NCBI GenBank assembly: GCA_963719995.1
Contig: CAVRDW010000001.1
Location: 259,770-323,769 of the forward strand
Source: an uncultured beta proteobacterium
GTDB taxonomy: Bacteria; Pseudomonadota; Gammaproteobacteria; Burkholderiales; SG8-39
Length of the DNA: 64,000 bases
Reading direction: 5' to 3'
Positions 40,593-52,931 of the stretch are shown here, in pieces. The position numbers and the translations under genes were made by a program. The notes beneath the pieces were generated by a model, which was not told where the DNA came from, did not search any database, and worked only from the letters and a program-made list of their open reading frames with translations. Each line of letters starts with the position of its first letter. Within the stretch, counting starts at the first letter, position 1.

Positions 40593-41556
40593 TCTACTCG
40601 CGCATCGTCGGCACCGGCAGCTACCTGCCGCCGCGCGTCGTGACCAACGCGGAGTTCGCGGCGCGCCTGGACACCAGCGACGCGTGGATCCGCGAGCGCA
40701 CCGGCATCGCGCAGCGCCACATCGCCGACGAATCGCAGGCTTCGAGCGACCTCGCGCTGGAGGCGAGCCGCGCACGCGCTGGCAGGCGGCGGGCGTCAAG
40801 GCGCAGGACCTCGACCTGATCATCGTCGCCACCTCGACGCCGGACTTCGTCTTCCCCAGCACCGCCTGCCTGCTGCAGGCGAAGCTCGGCGTGCGCAAGG
40901 CTGCGCCGCGTTCGACCTGCAGGCGGTGTGCAGCGGCTTCGTCTATGCGCTGGCGACCGCCGACAGCTTCATCCGCTCGGGCATCGCAAAAGCGCGCGCT
41001 GGTCGTCGGCGCCGAGGTGTTCTCGCGCATCCTCGACTGGAACGACCGCGGCACCTGCGTGCTGTTCGGCGACGGCGCCGGCGCGGTGGTGCTCGCGGCG
41101 GACTCCAAGCCGGGCACTGCACGCGATCGATCCTGCACGCCGACGGCAGCCATGCCGGCATCCTGTGCGTGCCGGGCAACGTCTGCGGCGGACGCATCCT
41201 CGGCTCGCCCTTTCTGCAGATGGACGGGCAGGCCGGTGTTCAAGTTCGCGGTCAAGGTGCTCGACGAGGTGGCGCGCGAAACCGTCGCCGCGGCCGGCAT
41301 GCGCCTGGAGGACATCGACTGGCTGATTCCGCACCAGGCCAACGTGCGCATCCTGGAGGCCACGGCGCGCAAGCTCGGGCTGCCGCTGGAGAAGCTGGTG
41401 GTGACCGTCGATCACCACGGCAACACCTCGGCGGCGTCGGTGCCGCTGGCGCTGGACGAGTTCGTGCGCGCGGGAAAGATCCGGGCCGGGCACCGCGTGC
41501 TGATGCAAGGCGTCGGCGGTGGTTTCACCTGGGGCGCGACTCTCGCGACAATGTGA
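40589..41556 (+). CDS. fabH: 3-oxoacyl-ACP synthase III, frame interrupted at least 5 times
   Basis: [20 protein letters not shown]..., [10 protein letters not shown] (active-site Cys), [25 protein letters not shown]. The sequence alternates among three frames. Confidence 0.9.
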
Positions 41557-41560
41557 GCCG

Positions 41561-42507
41561 ATGAAACTGGCGATGGTCTTTCCCGGGCAGGGCTCGCAGT
41601 CGGTCGGCATGCTGCAGGCCTATGCGGGCCTGCCCGGGGTGGACGGACGTGAGGCGCGAAGCCGACAGTCGCGCTGGGGAGCGATTTCCTCGCGCTGCTC
41701 GACGAAGGGCCGGCGGAGGCACTCAACCTGACCGTCAACACGCAGCCGGCGATGGTGACGGCGGGCATACGCGGCCTACCGCGCCTGGCGCGCGCTCGGC
41801 GGTCCGGCGCCCGAGGTGGTCGCCGGCCACAGCCTGGGCGAGTACACCGCGCTGGTGGCGGCCGGCGCCCTCGCCTTTCGCGACTGCCTGCCGCTGGTGC
41901 GCTTCCGCGCCCAGGCGATGCAGGAGGCCGTGCCCGAAGGGCAGGGCGCGATGGCCGCGATCCTCGGCCTCGACGACGCGGCGGTGCGCGCCGCGTGCGC
42001 GGAAGCCGCGCAGGGCGAAGTCGTGCAGGCGGTCAACTTCAACGCCCCCGGCCAGATCGTGATCGCCGGGCACAAGGCCGCGGTGGCACGCGCCATGGAG
42101 GCGTGCAAGGCGCAGGGCGCCAAGCGCGCACTGCCGCTGCCGGTGAGCGCGCCGTTCCATTCGCAGCCTGATGCGGCCCGCCGCCGAGAAGCTGCGCGGC
42201 TACCTCGAGCGACGTCGCAGTCGCCGCGCCCGCGCATCGCGCTGGTCAACAACGTCGATGTCGCGACGCGCAGCGCGAGCCGGCGCGAGATCAAGGATGC
42301 GCTGGTGCGCCAGGCGGCCTCGCCCGGTGCGCTGGGTCGAGACGATCCAGAAGATGAAGGCGATGCGGCGTGACGCACGTCGTCGAATGCGGCCCCGGCA
42401 AGGTGCTCGCCGGCATGGTCAAGCGCATCGACGGCGACGCTGCACAGCTACGCGCTGGCCGACAGGGCGTCGCTCGAGCAGGCGCTGGCGGCGCTGAAGG
42501 CCACGGC

Positions 42508-42511
<4 letters not shown>
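41561..42511 (+). CDS. fabD: ACP S-malonyltransferase, frame interrupted at least 6 times
   Basis: MKLAMVFPGQGSQSVGM, VAGHSLGEYTALV, VSAPFHS, VECGPGKVLAGM. The TGA overlaps the fabG ATG. Confidence 0.9.
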
Positions 42512-43262
<751 letters not shown>

Positions 43263-43327
43263 ATTGGTTGGCGCCGATTTGGTAAAATCCGGGCCGCCGC
43301 TTGGCCCCTACAGGGAAGGAGCAATTC

Positions 43328-43567
43328 ATGGAAAACGTCGAAGCACGCGTCAAGAAGATCATCGCCGAGCAGCTCGGCGTGAACGAGGCCGAGATCAAGA
43401 ACGAATCCTCGTTCGTCGACGACCTCGGCGCCGACTCGCTCGACACGGTGGAACTGGTGATGGCCCTCGAGGACGAGTTCGAGACCGAGATTCCCGACGA
43501 GGAAGCCGAGAAGATCACCACCGTCCAGCAGGCCATCGACTACGTCAAGTCGCACGCCAAGTCGTAA
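43328..43567 (+). CDS. acpP: acyl carrier protein
   Basis: [48 protein letters not shown] after GGAAGGAG. Confidence 0.97.
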   Translation: MENVEARVKKIIAEQLGVNEAEIKNESSFVDDLGADSLDTVELVMALEDEFETEIPDEEAEKITTVQQAIDYVKSHAKS

Positions 43568-43585
43568 GCGCCGGCAGCAAGAGTA

Positions 43586-44828
43586 GTGTCGCGCCGCCGC
43601 GTCGTCGTCACCGGCCTGGGCATCGTCTGCCCGGTCGGCAACACCGTCGCGGAAGCGTGGGAGCAGCCTGGTCGCCGGCAAGTCCGGCATCGGCCGCATC
43701 ACGCGCTTCGATGCGTCGGCCTTCGCCTGCCAGATTCGCCGGCGAGGTGAAGGGCTTCGACGTCGCCGCGCATCTGCCGGCCAAGGAAGCCCGGCACATG
43801 GACACCTTCATCCACTACGGCCTCGCCGCGGCGATGCAGGCGTGGCAGGACTCCGGCCTGCAGGTGACCGAGGCGAACGCCGAGCGCATCGGCGTGAACA
43901 TCGGCTCGGGCATCGGCGGCCTGCCGCTGATCGAGGAGACGCACGCCGAGCTACGCGCAGCGCGGCCCGCGGCGCATCTCGCCGTTCTTCGTGCCCGGCC
44001 TCGATCATCAACATGATCTCGGGCCACCTGTCGATCAAGTACGGCATCAAGGGCCCGAACCTCGCGATGGTCACCGCCTGCACCACCGGCCTGCACTGCA
44101 TCGGCGAGGCGGCGCGCACTGATCGAGTACGGCGACGCCGACGTGATGATCGCCGGCGGCGCCGAGGCGACCGTGTCGCCGCTGGGCGTCGGCGGCTTCG
44201 CCGCGGCGCGGGCGCTGTCGACCCGCAACGACGACCCGCAGACCGCCACCCGGCCCTGGGACAAGGACCGCGACGGCTTCGTGCTCGGCGAGGGCGCCGG
44301 CGTCGCTGGTGCTCGAGGAGTACGAGCACGCCAAGGCGCGCGGCGCCAGGATCTACTGCCGAGGTCGTCGGCTTCGGCATGAGCGCCGACGCCTACCACA
44401 TGACGGCGCCGAACGTGGACGGCCCGAAGCGCTGCATGCGCGCGGCGCTTGCGCAACGCCGCGCATCAACGCCGACCAGGTCCAGTACCTCAACGCCCAC
44501 GGCACCTCCACGCCGCTGGGCGACATGAACGAGACCAAGGCCATCAAGCTGGCGTTCGGCGACCACGCGGCGAAGCTGGTCGTGAACTCGACCAAGTCGA
44601 TGACCGGCCACCTGCTGGGCGGCGCCGGCGGCATCGAGTCGGTGTTCACGGTGCTGGCGCTGCACCACCAGGTGTCGCCGCCGACCATCAACATCTTCAA
44701 CCAGGACCCGGAGTGCGACCTCGACTACTGCGCCAACACGGCGCGCGAGATGCAAGATCGACGTCGCGGTCAAGAACAACTTCGGCTTCGGCGGCACCAA
44801 CGGCACGCTGGTGTTCGCTCGCGTTTGA
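43586..44828 (+). CDS. fabF: 3-oxoacyl-ACP synthase II, frame interrupted at least 5 times
   Basis: GTG start, [73 protein letters not shown]. Confidence 0.9.
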
Positions 44829-44872
44829 GCGCAGCACCGGCGCTGCGGCTCGAGTTGCGTGCTTCGCGCGTC

Positions 44873-45277
44873 ATGGCGGCGGTCATCGTGTCGGCGCACC
44901 TGGCGGGTGCCGCATGCCTGGCGGCCGTGCTGCCCGGCACCGCGGGCGGCCGTCGCAGCCCTGCTGGTCCTGCTGCTGGGCTTGGTCGTGGCCCGGGACC
45001 GGGCGTTGCTGCGCGGGCGCAGTTCGGTGCGCCGCCTCGAGCTGCGCGAAGGCGGGGCGCCTTGTTCGAACTGGCGGACGGCCGGCAGCTGGCCGGCAGC
45101 GTCGCCGGCCGTCGCAATGTCAACCGGTGGTGGGTGACGCTGCCGCTGCGGGGCGAATCGAGGCGTATCGTGCTGGTGACGCGGGACATGCTCCCGGCCG
45201 GGGACTTCCGGCGGCTGCGGATGTGGGCGCTGTGGGGGCGGCTCGCGAACGTGGCGACCGCGCCACTTCCCTCCTGA
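44873..45277 (+). CDS. YgfX/CptA-like inner-membrane protein candidate, frame interrupted
   Basis: Two predicted TM helices, then ...NRWWVTLPLRGESRRIVLVTRDMLPAGDFRRLRMWALWG. Pieces lie in ORFs 44309-45277 and 44859-45137. TTG 44825 is an alternative start. Family assignment is from pattern memory. Confidence 0.45.
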   Translation: MAAVIVSAHLAGAACLAAVLPGTAGGRRSPAGPAAGLGRGPGPGVAARAQFGAPPRAARRRGALFELADGRQLAGSVAGRRNVNRWWVTLPLRGESRRIVLVTRDMLPAGDFRRLRMWALWGRLANVATAPLPS

Positions 45278-45296
45278 GGCACCTGCGGTCATGCCG

Positions 45297-45327
45297 CCGA
45301 ACTATTTCATAAGGGCATTGTCTGTGG
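45297..45327 (+). promoter_or_regulatory. sigma-E (ECF) type autoregulated promoter upstream of rpoE
   Basis: GAACTA (45299-45304), 16-nt spacer, TCTGT (45321-45325). Matches the GGAACTT-N16-TCTGA class of RpoE/AlgU promoters. About 80 nt upstream of the rpoE ATG. Confidence 0.6.
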
Positions 45328-45402
45328 CACATAGGCGTTGCAGCCGGGCGCGCAGCGGCCTGGGCACCCGGAGGACCGGGGCTCACGCAGGCAGGCGGGG
45401 CG

Positions 45403-46004
45403 ATGTCTGAGCGCGACATCGACCGGCAGCTGGTGGTGCGGGCGCAGCGGGGCGACAAGCGGGCGTTCGAGCTGCTGGTGGAGAAGTACCAGCGCAAGCT
45501 CGGACGGCTGCTGTCGCGGTTCATCCGCGACCCGGCGGAGGTCGAGGACGTGACGCAGGAAGCGTTCATCAAGGCGTATCGGGCGCTCGCCGGCGTTCCG
45601 CGGCGACAGCGCGTTCTATACGTGGCTGTACCGGATCGGCATCAACACCGCCAAGAACTACCTGATGGCGCTGGGCCGGCGGGCGCCGACCTCGACCGAG
45701 GTGGAGGCGCGAGGAGGCGGAAGGTTTCGAGGAGGGCGAGCAGTTGCGCGACATCAACACGCCTGAGAGCATGTTGCTGTCCAAGGAGATTGCGACGACG
45801 GTGAATGCGACGATCGAGGAGCTGCCCGAGGAGCTGCGCACGGCGATCCAGCTGCGCGAGATCGAGGGCATGAGCTACGAGGACATCGCGCGCATCATGG
45901 ATTGCCCGATCGGCACGGTGCGCTCGCGGATTTTCCGGGCGCGCGAGGCGATCGCGGAGCGGCTGCGGCCGCTGCTCGACACGCGCAAGGACCAGAGGTG
46001 GTAG
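45403..46004 (+). CDS. rpoE: RNA polymerase sigma factor RpoE (sigma-24), frame interrupted at least 2 times
   Basis: MSERDIDRQLVVRAQRGDKRAFELLVEKYQRKL..., then FYTWLYRIGINTAKNYL readable in another frame, then ORF 45744-46004 (LREIEGMSYEDIARIMDCPIGTVRSRIFRAREA). Confidence 0.9.
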
Positions 46005-46008
46005 GACG

Positions 46009-46542
46009 ATGAAGGCAAGGATTTCGGCGATGATGGACGGCGAGCTCGCAGCGCACGAGCTGGACGAGCCGTTGTCCGCGATTGCAGCGGATCGGGAAGC
46101 CAGGGAGTCCTGGCGCACCTACCATCTGATCAGCGATGCCCTGCGCGGCGACGCCATCCTGTCCGCCAGCTGCGCGCGCCGCGTGTCCCAGCGGCTGGCG
46201 CAGGAGCCGACGCTGATTGCGTCCCTGCCAGGAGCGGTGCGCGCACCCGAGCGGCCGCGCTGGTTCGTGCCTTCCGCACTGGCGGCGAGCGTCGCTGCCG
46301 TGGCATTCGTCGGCTGGGTGGCGCTCGCGCCGCAGCGAGGATCCGCGCCAGCCACCGCCCCGGCGCCTCTGGCGCAGGCGCCGCAGGCGCAGCGAGTCGC
46401 AGAGCCGCCGAAGGTGCCGGTCACCAGCGCCACGCAGGACTACCTGTTCGCGCATCAGGCCTTCTCGCCGCGCAACTCGCTGCAGGGCATGGCGCCCTAC
46501 GTGCGCACGGTCTCGGTCGAGACCGTGCAGAGGAAGAAATGA
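46009..46542 (+). CDS. rseA: anti-sigma-E factor (RseA/MucA N-domain family)
   Basis: Intact 177-aa ORF. MKARISAMMDGEL...W.TYHLISDALRG, central TM helix. Confidence 0.85.
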   Translation: MKARISAMMDGELAAHELDEPLSAIAADREARESWRTYHLISDALRGDAILSASCARRVSQRLAQEPTLIASLPGAVRAPERPRWFVPSALAASVAAVAFVGWVALAPQRGSAPATAPAPLAQAPQAQRVAEPPKVPVTSATQDYLFAHQAFSPRNSLQGMAPYVRTVSVETVQRKK

Positions 46543-47504
46543 GCCGCGCGCTCGGTGCCTGGATGCTTTGCGCGTTCGCGGGCATGGCGCAGGCCCAGGT
46601 GTCCCCGGAGGCGCTCGATTGGCTGCGGCGGATGTATCAGGCGACGGATAAGCTCTCGTACACGGGCACCTTCGTCTACCAGCAGGGCGATCGCACCGAG
46701 ACCTCGCGCATCACGCGGCGCGCCGAGCCGGCCGGCAGCATCGAGAAGCTCGAGGTGCTGGACGGTGTCGCCGCGGGAGGTGGTGCGCACGCGCGACGAG
46801 ATCCGCTGCTACCTGCCGGCCAGCCAGACGGTCAAGGTCGACCGGCGCCGCGATCAGCGCAGCTTCCCGGCACTGTTGCCTGCGCAGGTGACGACCCTGG
46901 GCGAGCACTACGACATCAGCATGGACGAGACCGCGGCGCATCGCCGGCTACGACTGCCAGGCGATCGTGCTCGCACCCAAGGACGACCTGCGCTACGGCT
47001 ACAAGCTCTGGGCCGACGTGCAAACCGGCATGCTGCTCAAGGCGCGCGCCTTCAACCGCAACGGCGAGACGGTCGAGCAGTTCACGTTCACGCAGCTGGA
47101 GATCGGCCGCGTGTCCCGCGAGCGGGTGCGGCCGCGCGCACGTGGCACGCACCTGGCGCGATCGAGCAGGCGGCAGTCGAGTCCCGCGAACCTCGCGCAG
47201 GCGGGTTGGACCATGAGCGCGGACCTGCCGGGCTTTCGCAAAGTCATCGAGATCACGCGCATGCTGCGCGACGCGCAGCCGGTCGGACAGGTGGTCTATT
47301 CCGACGGCCTGGCGGCGGTGTCCGTGTTCATCGAGCCGCTCGCCGGCCGCGCGGAGACGCCGCAGCATGGGGCTGGCCAGCATGGGTGCCGTGAACGTCT
47401 ACACGCGCGAAGTCGCCAACCATCTGGTGACGGTGGTCGGCGAGGCGCCCGCCGCCAGCGTGCAGCGCATCGCCAACACCGTTGCCTACCGCCCGCCGCA
47501 ATGA
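46539..47504 (+). CDS. rseB: sigma-E regulatory protein RseB/MucB, frame interrupted at least 4 times
   Basis: Signal peptide, WLRRMYQATDKLSYTGTFVYQQGD, YGYKLWADVQTGMLLKA, VSVFIEPL. Pieces lie in ORFs 46539-47216, 46555-47394 and 46967-47545. Confidence 0.85.
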
Positions 47505-47556
47505 CCATTACCGCCCGGAGCGGTTTCCGGGCGCCGCACCCTTGAGAGGACTTTCC

Positions 47557-48983
47557 ATGCGTTTCGTCAGAACTGCTGTCACGTTCCTGCTGGCCGCCTG
47601 CACCTCGCTGGCGTTCGCCCAGGCGCGCGAGCTGCCCGACTTCACGCGACTGGTCGAGGAACAGGGCGCACGCGGTCGTCAACATCAGCACCACCCAGGC
47701 GGTGCGCCGCGGCGCGCCGTGCCGCAGGTCCCGAACATCGAGGACGAGGAAGTGCTGGAGTTCTTCCGCCGCTTCATCCCGCGCCAGCAGCCCGGACCCG
47801 GCCCGCGCCCCGAGAGCCGCTCGCTCGGCTCCGGCTTCGTCATCAGCGCCGACGGCTACATCCTGACCAACGCGCACGTCGTCGACGCCGCCGACGAGAT
47901 CAACGTCAGGCTGACCGACAAGCGCGAGTACAAGGCCAAGGTGATCGGCGCCGACAAGCGCACCGACGTGGCGCTGATCAAGATCGAGGCGAGCGGCCTG
48001 CCCGTGGTGCGCATGGGCGATCCCGCCAAGCTCAAGGTGGGCGAGTGGGTGGTGGCGATCGGCTCGCCGTTCGGCTTCGAGAACACGGTCACCGCCGGCA
48101 TCGTCAGCGCCAAGGGTCGCTCGCTGCCGCAGGAGAACTTCGTGCCGTTCATCCAGACCGACGTGGCCATCAACCCCGGCAACTCCGGCGGGCCGCTGTT
48201 CAACATGCGGGGCGAGGTGGTCGGCGTCAATTCGCAGATCTACAGCCGCACGGGCGGCTTCATGGGCCTGTCGTTCGCCATTCCGATCGACGTGGCGCTC
48301 GACATCCAGAAGCAGCTGCGCGAGAAGGGCCGCGTGTCGCGCGGCCGCATCGGCGTGGTGATCCAGGAGGTGACCAAGGACCTGGCGGTTTCCTTCGGCC
48401 TGGACCGGCCGCGCGGCGCGCTGGTCAACTCGGTGGAGAAGGGCAGCCCGGCGGACAAGGCCGGCATCGAGGCGACCGACATCATCACCCGCTTCGACGG
48501 CAAGGCAGTCGAGTCCTCCAGCGACCTGCCGCGCTCGTCGGCGTCCACCCGGCCGGGCGCCAGCGCGCCGATTGAAGTGTGGCGCAAGGGCGCCGCGCGC
48601 AACCTGACGCGTCACGGTGGGCGAGCTGCAGGAGGAACGAATCGCCGCGCGCGAGCCGCCGCGCGAGCGCAAGCCGGTGGAGCAGGTCGCCAACCGGCTG
48701 GGCCTGGTGGTGTCCGAGCTGAGCGCCGAGCAGAAGAAGGAGATGCGGCTGGCGTACGGGCTGGTGGTGACCGACGTGCGCGCCGAGGCGCGCGCCGACG
48801 TGCGCCGCGGGCGACGTGATCCTGAAGATGGTGCATAACGGCCAGCACACCGAGCTGAAGTCCACCGACCAGTTCAACAAGCTGCTCGCCGGTCTGGACA
48901 AGAACGCGGTGATCACGCTGCAGGTGCGCCGCGGCGAGAACACGGCGTTCGTCACCGTTTCCGGCCTCGCCGACAAGGGCTAG
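47557..48983 (+). CDS. DegP/DegQ/MucD-family periplasmic serine endoprotease, frame interrupted at least 3 times
   Basis: Signal peptide, GSGFVISADGYILTNAHVV, TDVAINPGNSGGPLFN, two PDZ regions. The C-terminus ...TLQVRRGENTAFVTVSGLADKG is readable in another frame. Confidence 0.9.
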
Positions 48984-49012
48984 CCGGCTCGCCGCCGCGG
49001 AGGGCCAGGGCG

Positions 49013-49237
49013 ATTCTTCGCCTCTACGGGCGCCGGTATTGCCACTTGTGCGAGGAAATGGCGCTCGCGTTGCGCGCGCTGGCGGTGCCGTTCGTGGAGA
49101 TCGACGTCGATGCCGACGCGGCCCTCGAGGCGCGCTACGGCGAGCGGGTGCCCGTGCTGACCGACGCCGCGGGCGCGGAGATCTGCCACTACCGCCTCGA
49201 TGAGGCCGCCCTGCGAACCCGGCTTGCGGTAAGATAG
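49013..49237 (+). CDS. glutaredoxin-like (DUF836) protein, start codon unresolved
   Basis: ...[48 protein letters not shown]. There is no ATG/GTG/TTG upstream of the CxxC in frame. ATT 49013 lies 8 nt after GGAGGG. Confidence 0.6.
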   Translation: MLRLYGRRYCHLCEEMALALRALAVPFVEIDVDADAALEARYGERVPVLTDAAGAEICHYRLDEAALRTRLAVR

Positions 49238-49252
49238 CGGCTGCAGCGAGAG

Positions 49253-49278
49253 AAGGGTGCCACGGGCACCCTTTTTTG
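49253..49278 (+). terminator. rho-independent terminator closing the rpoE-degP operon
   Basis: AAGGGTGCC-ACG-GGCACCCTT stem-loop running into TTTTTT. Confidence 0.8.
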
Positions 49279-49286
49279 CGTTCTCC

Positions 49287-51092
49287 ATGACCCCGCAGAG
49301 CCGCATCCGCAATTTCTCGATCATCGCCCACATCGACCACGGCAAGTCGACGCTGGCCGACCGCTTCATCCAGCTGTGCGGCGGACTGGCGGACCGCGAG
49401 ATGGCCGAGCAGGTGCTCGACTACGATGGACCTGGAGCGCGAGCGCGGCATCACCATCAAGGCGCAGACCGCGGCGCTGCAGTACCAGGCGCGCGACGGC
49501 GAGCAGTACCTGCTCAACCTGATCGATACGCCGGGACATGTCGACTTCTCCTACGAGGTGAGCCGCTCGCTCGCGGCCTGCGAAGGCGCGCTGCTGGTGG
49601 TGGATGCCTCGCAGGGCGTGGAGGCGCAGACGGTCGCCAACTGCTACACCGCCATCGAGCAGGGCGTCGAGGTGATCCCGGTGCTCAACAAGATCGACCT
49701 GCCCTCCGCGGACCCGGCGAACGCGATCCAGGAGATCGAGGACGTGATCGGCATCCAGGCGCAGGACGCGCTGCGTGCCAGCGCCAAGACCGGCGAGGGC
49801 GTGCCGGAGATCCTCGAGGCGGTGATCGCGCGCGTGCCGCCGCCCAAGGGGGACCCGGCGGCGCGCCTGCAGGCGCTGGTCATCGACTCCTGGTTCGACA
49901 ACTACGTCGGCGTGGTGATGCTGGTGCGCATGATGCAGGGCACGCTGCGCGCCAAGGACAAGGTGCTCCTCATGAGCACCGACGCCACGCACCTGTGCGA
50001 GCAGGTCGGCGTGTTCACGCCGAAGTCGGCGTCGCGCAGCGAGCTGGTGGCGGGCGAGGTGGGCTTCGTCGTCGCCGGGGTGAAGGAGCTGCGCGAGGCG
50101 AAGGTCGGCGACACGATCACGCATGCGGACAAGCCTGCCGCCGTCGCCGCTGCCCGGGTTCAAGGAGATCAAGCCGCAGGTGTTCGCGGGCCTGTATCCG
50201 GTGGAGTCCAACCAGTACGAGGCGCTGCGCGAGGCAATGGAGAAGCTGCACCTGAACGACGCCTCGTTCCATTACGAGCCGGAAGTCTCGCAGGCGCTGG
50301 GCTTCGGTTTCCGCTGCGGCTTCCTCGGGCCTGCTGCACATGGACATCGTGCAGGAGCGGCTGGAGCGCGAGTACGGCATGCAGCTGGTCACCACCGCGC
50401 CCTCGGTGGTCTACGAGGTGCTGCTGCGCGACGGCACGGTGCAGCAGATTTCAAACCCCGCGAAGCTCCCCGACCCTGCGCAGATCGAGGAGATCCGCGA
50501 GCCGATGATCGCCACCACCATTTTCGTGCCGCAGGCGTACGTCGGGCCGGTGATGACGCTGTGCACCGAGAAGCGCGGCACCCAGACCAACCTGCACTAC
50601 TCGTCGCGCCACGTCGTGCTGTCCTACGACCTGCCGCTCAACGAAGTGGTGCTCGATTTCTTCGACCGGCTGAAGTCGCTGACCCGCGGCTTTGGCTCGA
50701 TGGACTATGAGTTCAAGTCGTACCGGCCCGCCGACGTCATCCGGCTCGACGTGCTGGTGAACGGCGAGCGCGTCGATGCGCTCTCCAGCATGGTGCATCG
50801 CGAGGCGGCGCAGCGGCGCGGACGCGAGCTCGCCGCCCGCCTGCGCGGCCTGATCCCGCGCCAGATGTTCGACGTCGCGATCCAGGCGGCGATCGGCTCG
50901 AACATCATCGCGCGCGAGAACGTCAAGGCGCTGCGCAAGAACGTGCTCGCCAAGTGCTATGGCGGCGACGTCACGCGCAAGAGGAAGCTCCTGGAGAAGC
51001 AGAAGGAAGGCAAGAAGCGCATGAAGCAGGTGGGCTCGGTCGAGATCCCGCAGGAGGCATTCCTCGCCGTCCTGCAGCGGGACGACAAGTGA
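49287..51092 (+). CDS. lepA: elongation factor 4 (LepA), frame interrupted at least 4 times
   Basis: [70 protein letters not shown], ...[23 protein letters not shown]. Pieces lie in ORFs 49257, 49426, 50123 and 50340. Confidence 0.95.
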
Positions 51093-51879
51093 GCTTCGCG
51101 GCGTTCCTGCTGATTCTGCTGGTCGTCACTGGCGTCGTGTGGGCGCTCGATGCCGCCTGGCTGGGACGGCGACGCGCCGCGCGGCGCCAAGCAGCCCTGG
51201 TGGGTCGAGTACTCGGTCAGCTTCTTTCCCGGTGATCCTGATCGTGTTCCTGCTGCGCTCGTTCCTGGTCGAGCCGTTCAAGATCCCGTCGGGATCGATG
51301 ATCCCGACGCTGCTGGTGGGCGACTTCATCCTGGTCAACAAGTTCACCTACGGCATCCGGCTGCCGGTGGTCAACGTCAAGGTGCTGGAGCTCAACGCGC
51401 CGCAGCGGGGCGACGTGATGGTGTTCCGCTTTCCCGACGATCCGTCGCTCGACTACATCAAGCGGGTGGTGGGCGTCCCGGGCGACCGCATCGACTACCG
51501 CGACAAGCGCCTGTCGGTCAACGGCCAGCCGGTGCCGCTGAAGCAGATCGAGGACTACCTGTCGCGCGAGCGCATGCAGTACTCGCGCCGCTACCTGGAG
51601 ACGCTGAACGCGCATGCGCACCAGATCATGATCGAGGACGACGCCCCGGCGTTCGTGCCCCAGGCGCGCGCGTTCCCGCATATCGAGAATTGCAACTACA
51701 ATATGTCAGGCGTGGCGTGCACCGTTCCGCCCGGCCATTACTTCGTGATGGGTGACAACCGTGACAATTCGAGCGACAGCAGGGTCTGGGGATTCGTGCC
51801 CGACGCCAACATCGTCGGCAAGGCATTCTTCATCTGGCTCAACCTCGGCGAGCTGGGCCGTTTCGGCTCGTTCCGCTAG
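51089..51879 (+). CDS. lepB: signal peptidase I, frame interrupted at least once near the 5' end
   Basis: GTG 51089 overlaps the lep[42 protein letters not shown]. Confidence 0.9.
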
Positions 51880-51889
51880 GAGACCGATC

Positions 51890-52249
51890 ATGCGCAAAAG
51901 GCAGCAGGGGCTCTCGTTGCTGGGGTTGATCTTCGGCGGATTTGTGCTGATCTTCGCCCTGCTGCTCGTCATGAAGGTGACGCCGTCCTACCTTGAATAC
52001 TTCGCCATCAAGAAGGCGGTCGTCAGCATTGCCAACGAAACACGCGGCCGCGGGGCAACGGTCAGCGAAATCCGGCGCCGCTTCGAGAACCGCTCGAATG
52101 TGGACGACTTCAGCAGCGTGAAGCCGAGCGATCTGGAGATCACCAAGGAAGGCAACGACTACGTGATCGCGGCCTCCTACCGCAGGGAAGTTCCCCTCTT
52201 CGGCCACGTCGGGCTCTACTTCGATTTCAGCGTCTCCTCCACAGACTGA
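51890..52249 (+). CDS. DUF4845 domain protein
   Basis: MRKRQQGLSLLGLIFGGFVLIFALLLVMKVTPSYLEYFAIKKAV after TAGGAGA. Conserved lepB-rnc spacer gene in betaproteobacteria. Confidence 0.8.
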   Translation: MRKRQQGLSLLGLIFGGFVLIFALLLVMKVTPSYLEYFAIKKAVVSIANETRGRGATVSEIRRRFENRSNVDDFSSVKPSDLEITKEGNDYVIAASYRREVPLFGHVGLYFDFSVSSTD

Positions 52250-52259
52250 CCGGGACCGC

Positions 52260-52931
52260 TTGGCCGGCGGCGCGCGTCTCGAGGAGCGGCTGGGCCACCG
52301 CTTCCTGCGCGCCGAGCTCCTGCAGCAGGCGCTGACCCACCGCAGCTACGGCACCCCGAACAACGAGCGCCTGGAGTTCCTCGGCGACGGCGTGCTCGAT
52401 TGCGTCATCCGCGAGGAGCTGTTCGCCCGTTTCCCCGCCCTGAGCGAAGGCGAGCTGTCGCGGCTGCGGGCAAGCCTGGTGCGCCGGGAGACCCTGGCCG
52501 CGATGGCGCGGGATCTGGGCGTCGGCGAGCACGTGCGCATGGGCGAGGGCGAGAGCGCGAGCGGGGGCGCGCAGCGCCCTTCGATCCTCAGCGACGCCTT
52601 GGAAGCGCTGTATGGCGCGGTCTTCCTGGACGGCGGCTATGAGTCTGCGCGCGCCGCCATCTGCGCAACTTTCGCTTCTCTGCTCGCATCGCTGGATGCG
52701 CGCGCGCTCGCCAAGGATCCCAAGACGCAGCTGCAGGAGGTCCTGCAGGGCCGCGGCCAGGCGCTGCCGACGTATCGCGTGCTCTCCACGCAGGGCGCCG
52801 CGCACCGCCAGAGCTTCGAGGTCGAATGCGCGGTCGCGGACCTCGGACTGCGCGCCACGGGCCGTGGCGAGGCTCGGCGGGCGGCGGAGCAGCAGGCAGC
52901 GGAGGCCATGCTGCGGCAGCTCAAGGCATGA
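52260..52931 (+). CDS. rnc: ribonuclease III
   Basis: Intact. ALTHRSY, NERLEFLGDGVL, dsRBD C-terminus. TTG start as given by the track. Confidence 0.93.
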   Translation: MAGGARLEERLGHRFLRAELLQQALTHRSYGTPNNERLEFLGDGVLDCVIREELFARFPALSEGELSRLRASLVRRETLAAMARDLGVGEHVRMGEGESASGGAQRPSILSDALEALYGAVFLDGGYESARAAICATFASLLASLDARALAKDPKTQLQEVLQGRGQALPTYRVLSTQGAAHRQSFEVECAVADLGLRATGRGEARRAAEQQAAEAMLRQLKA

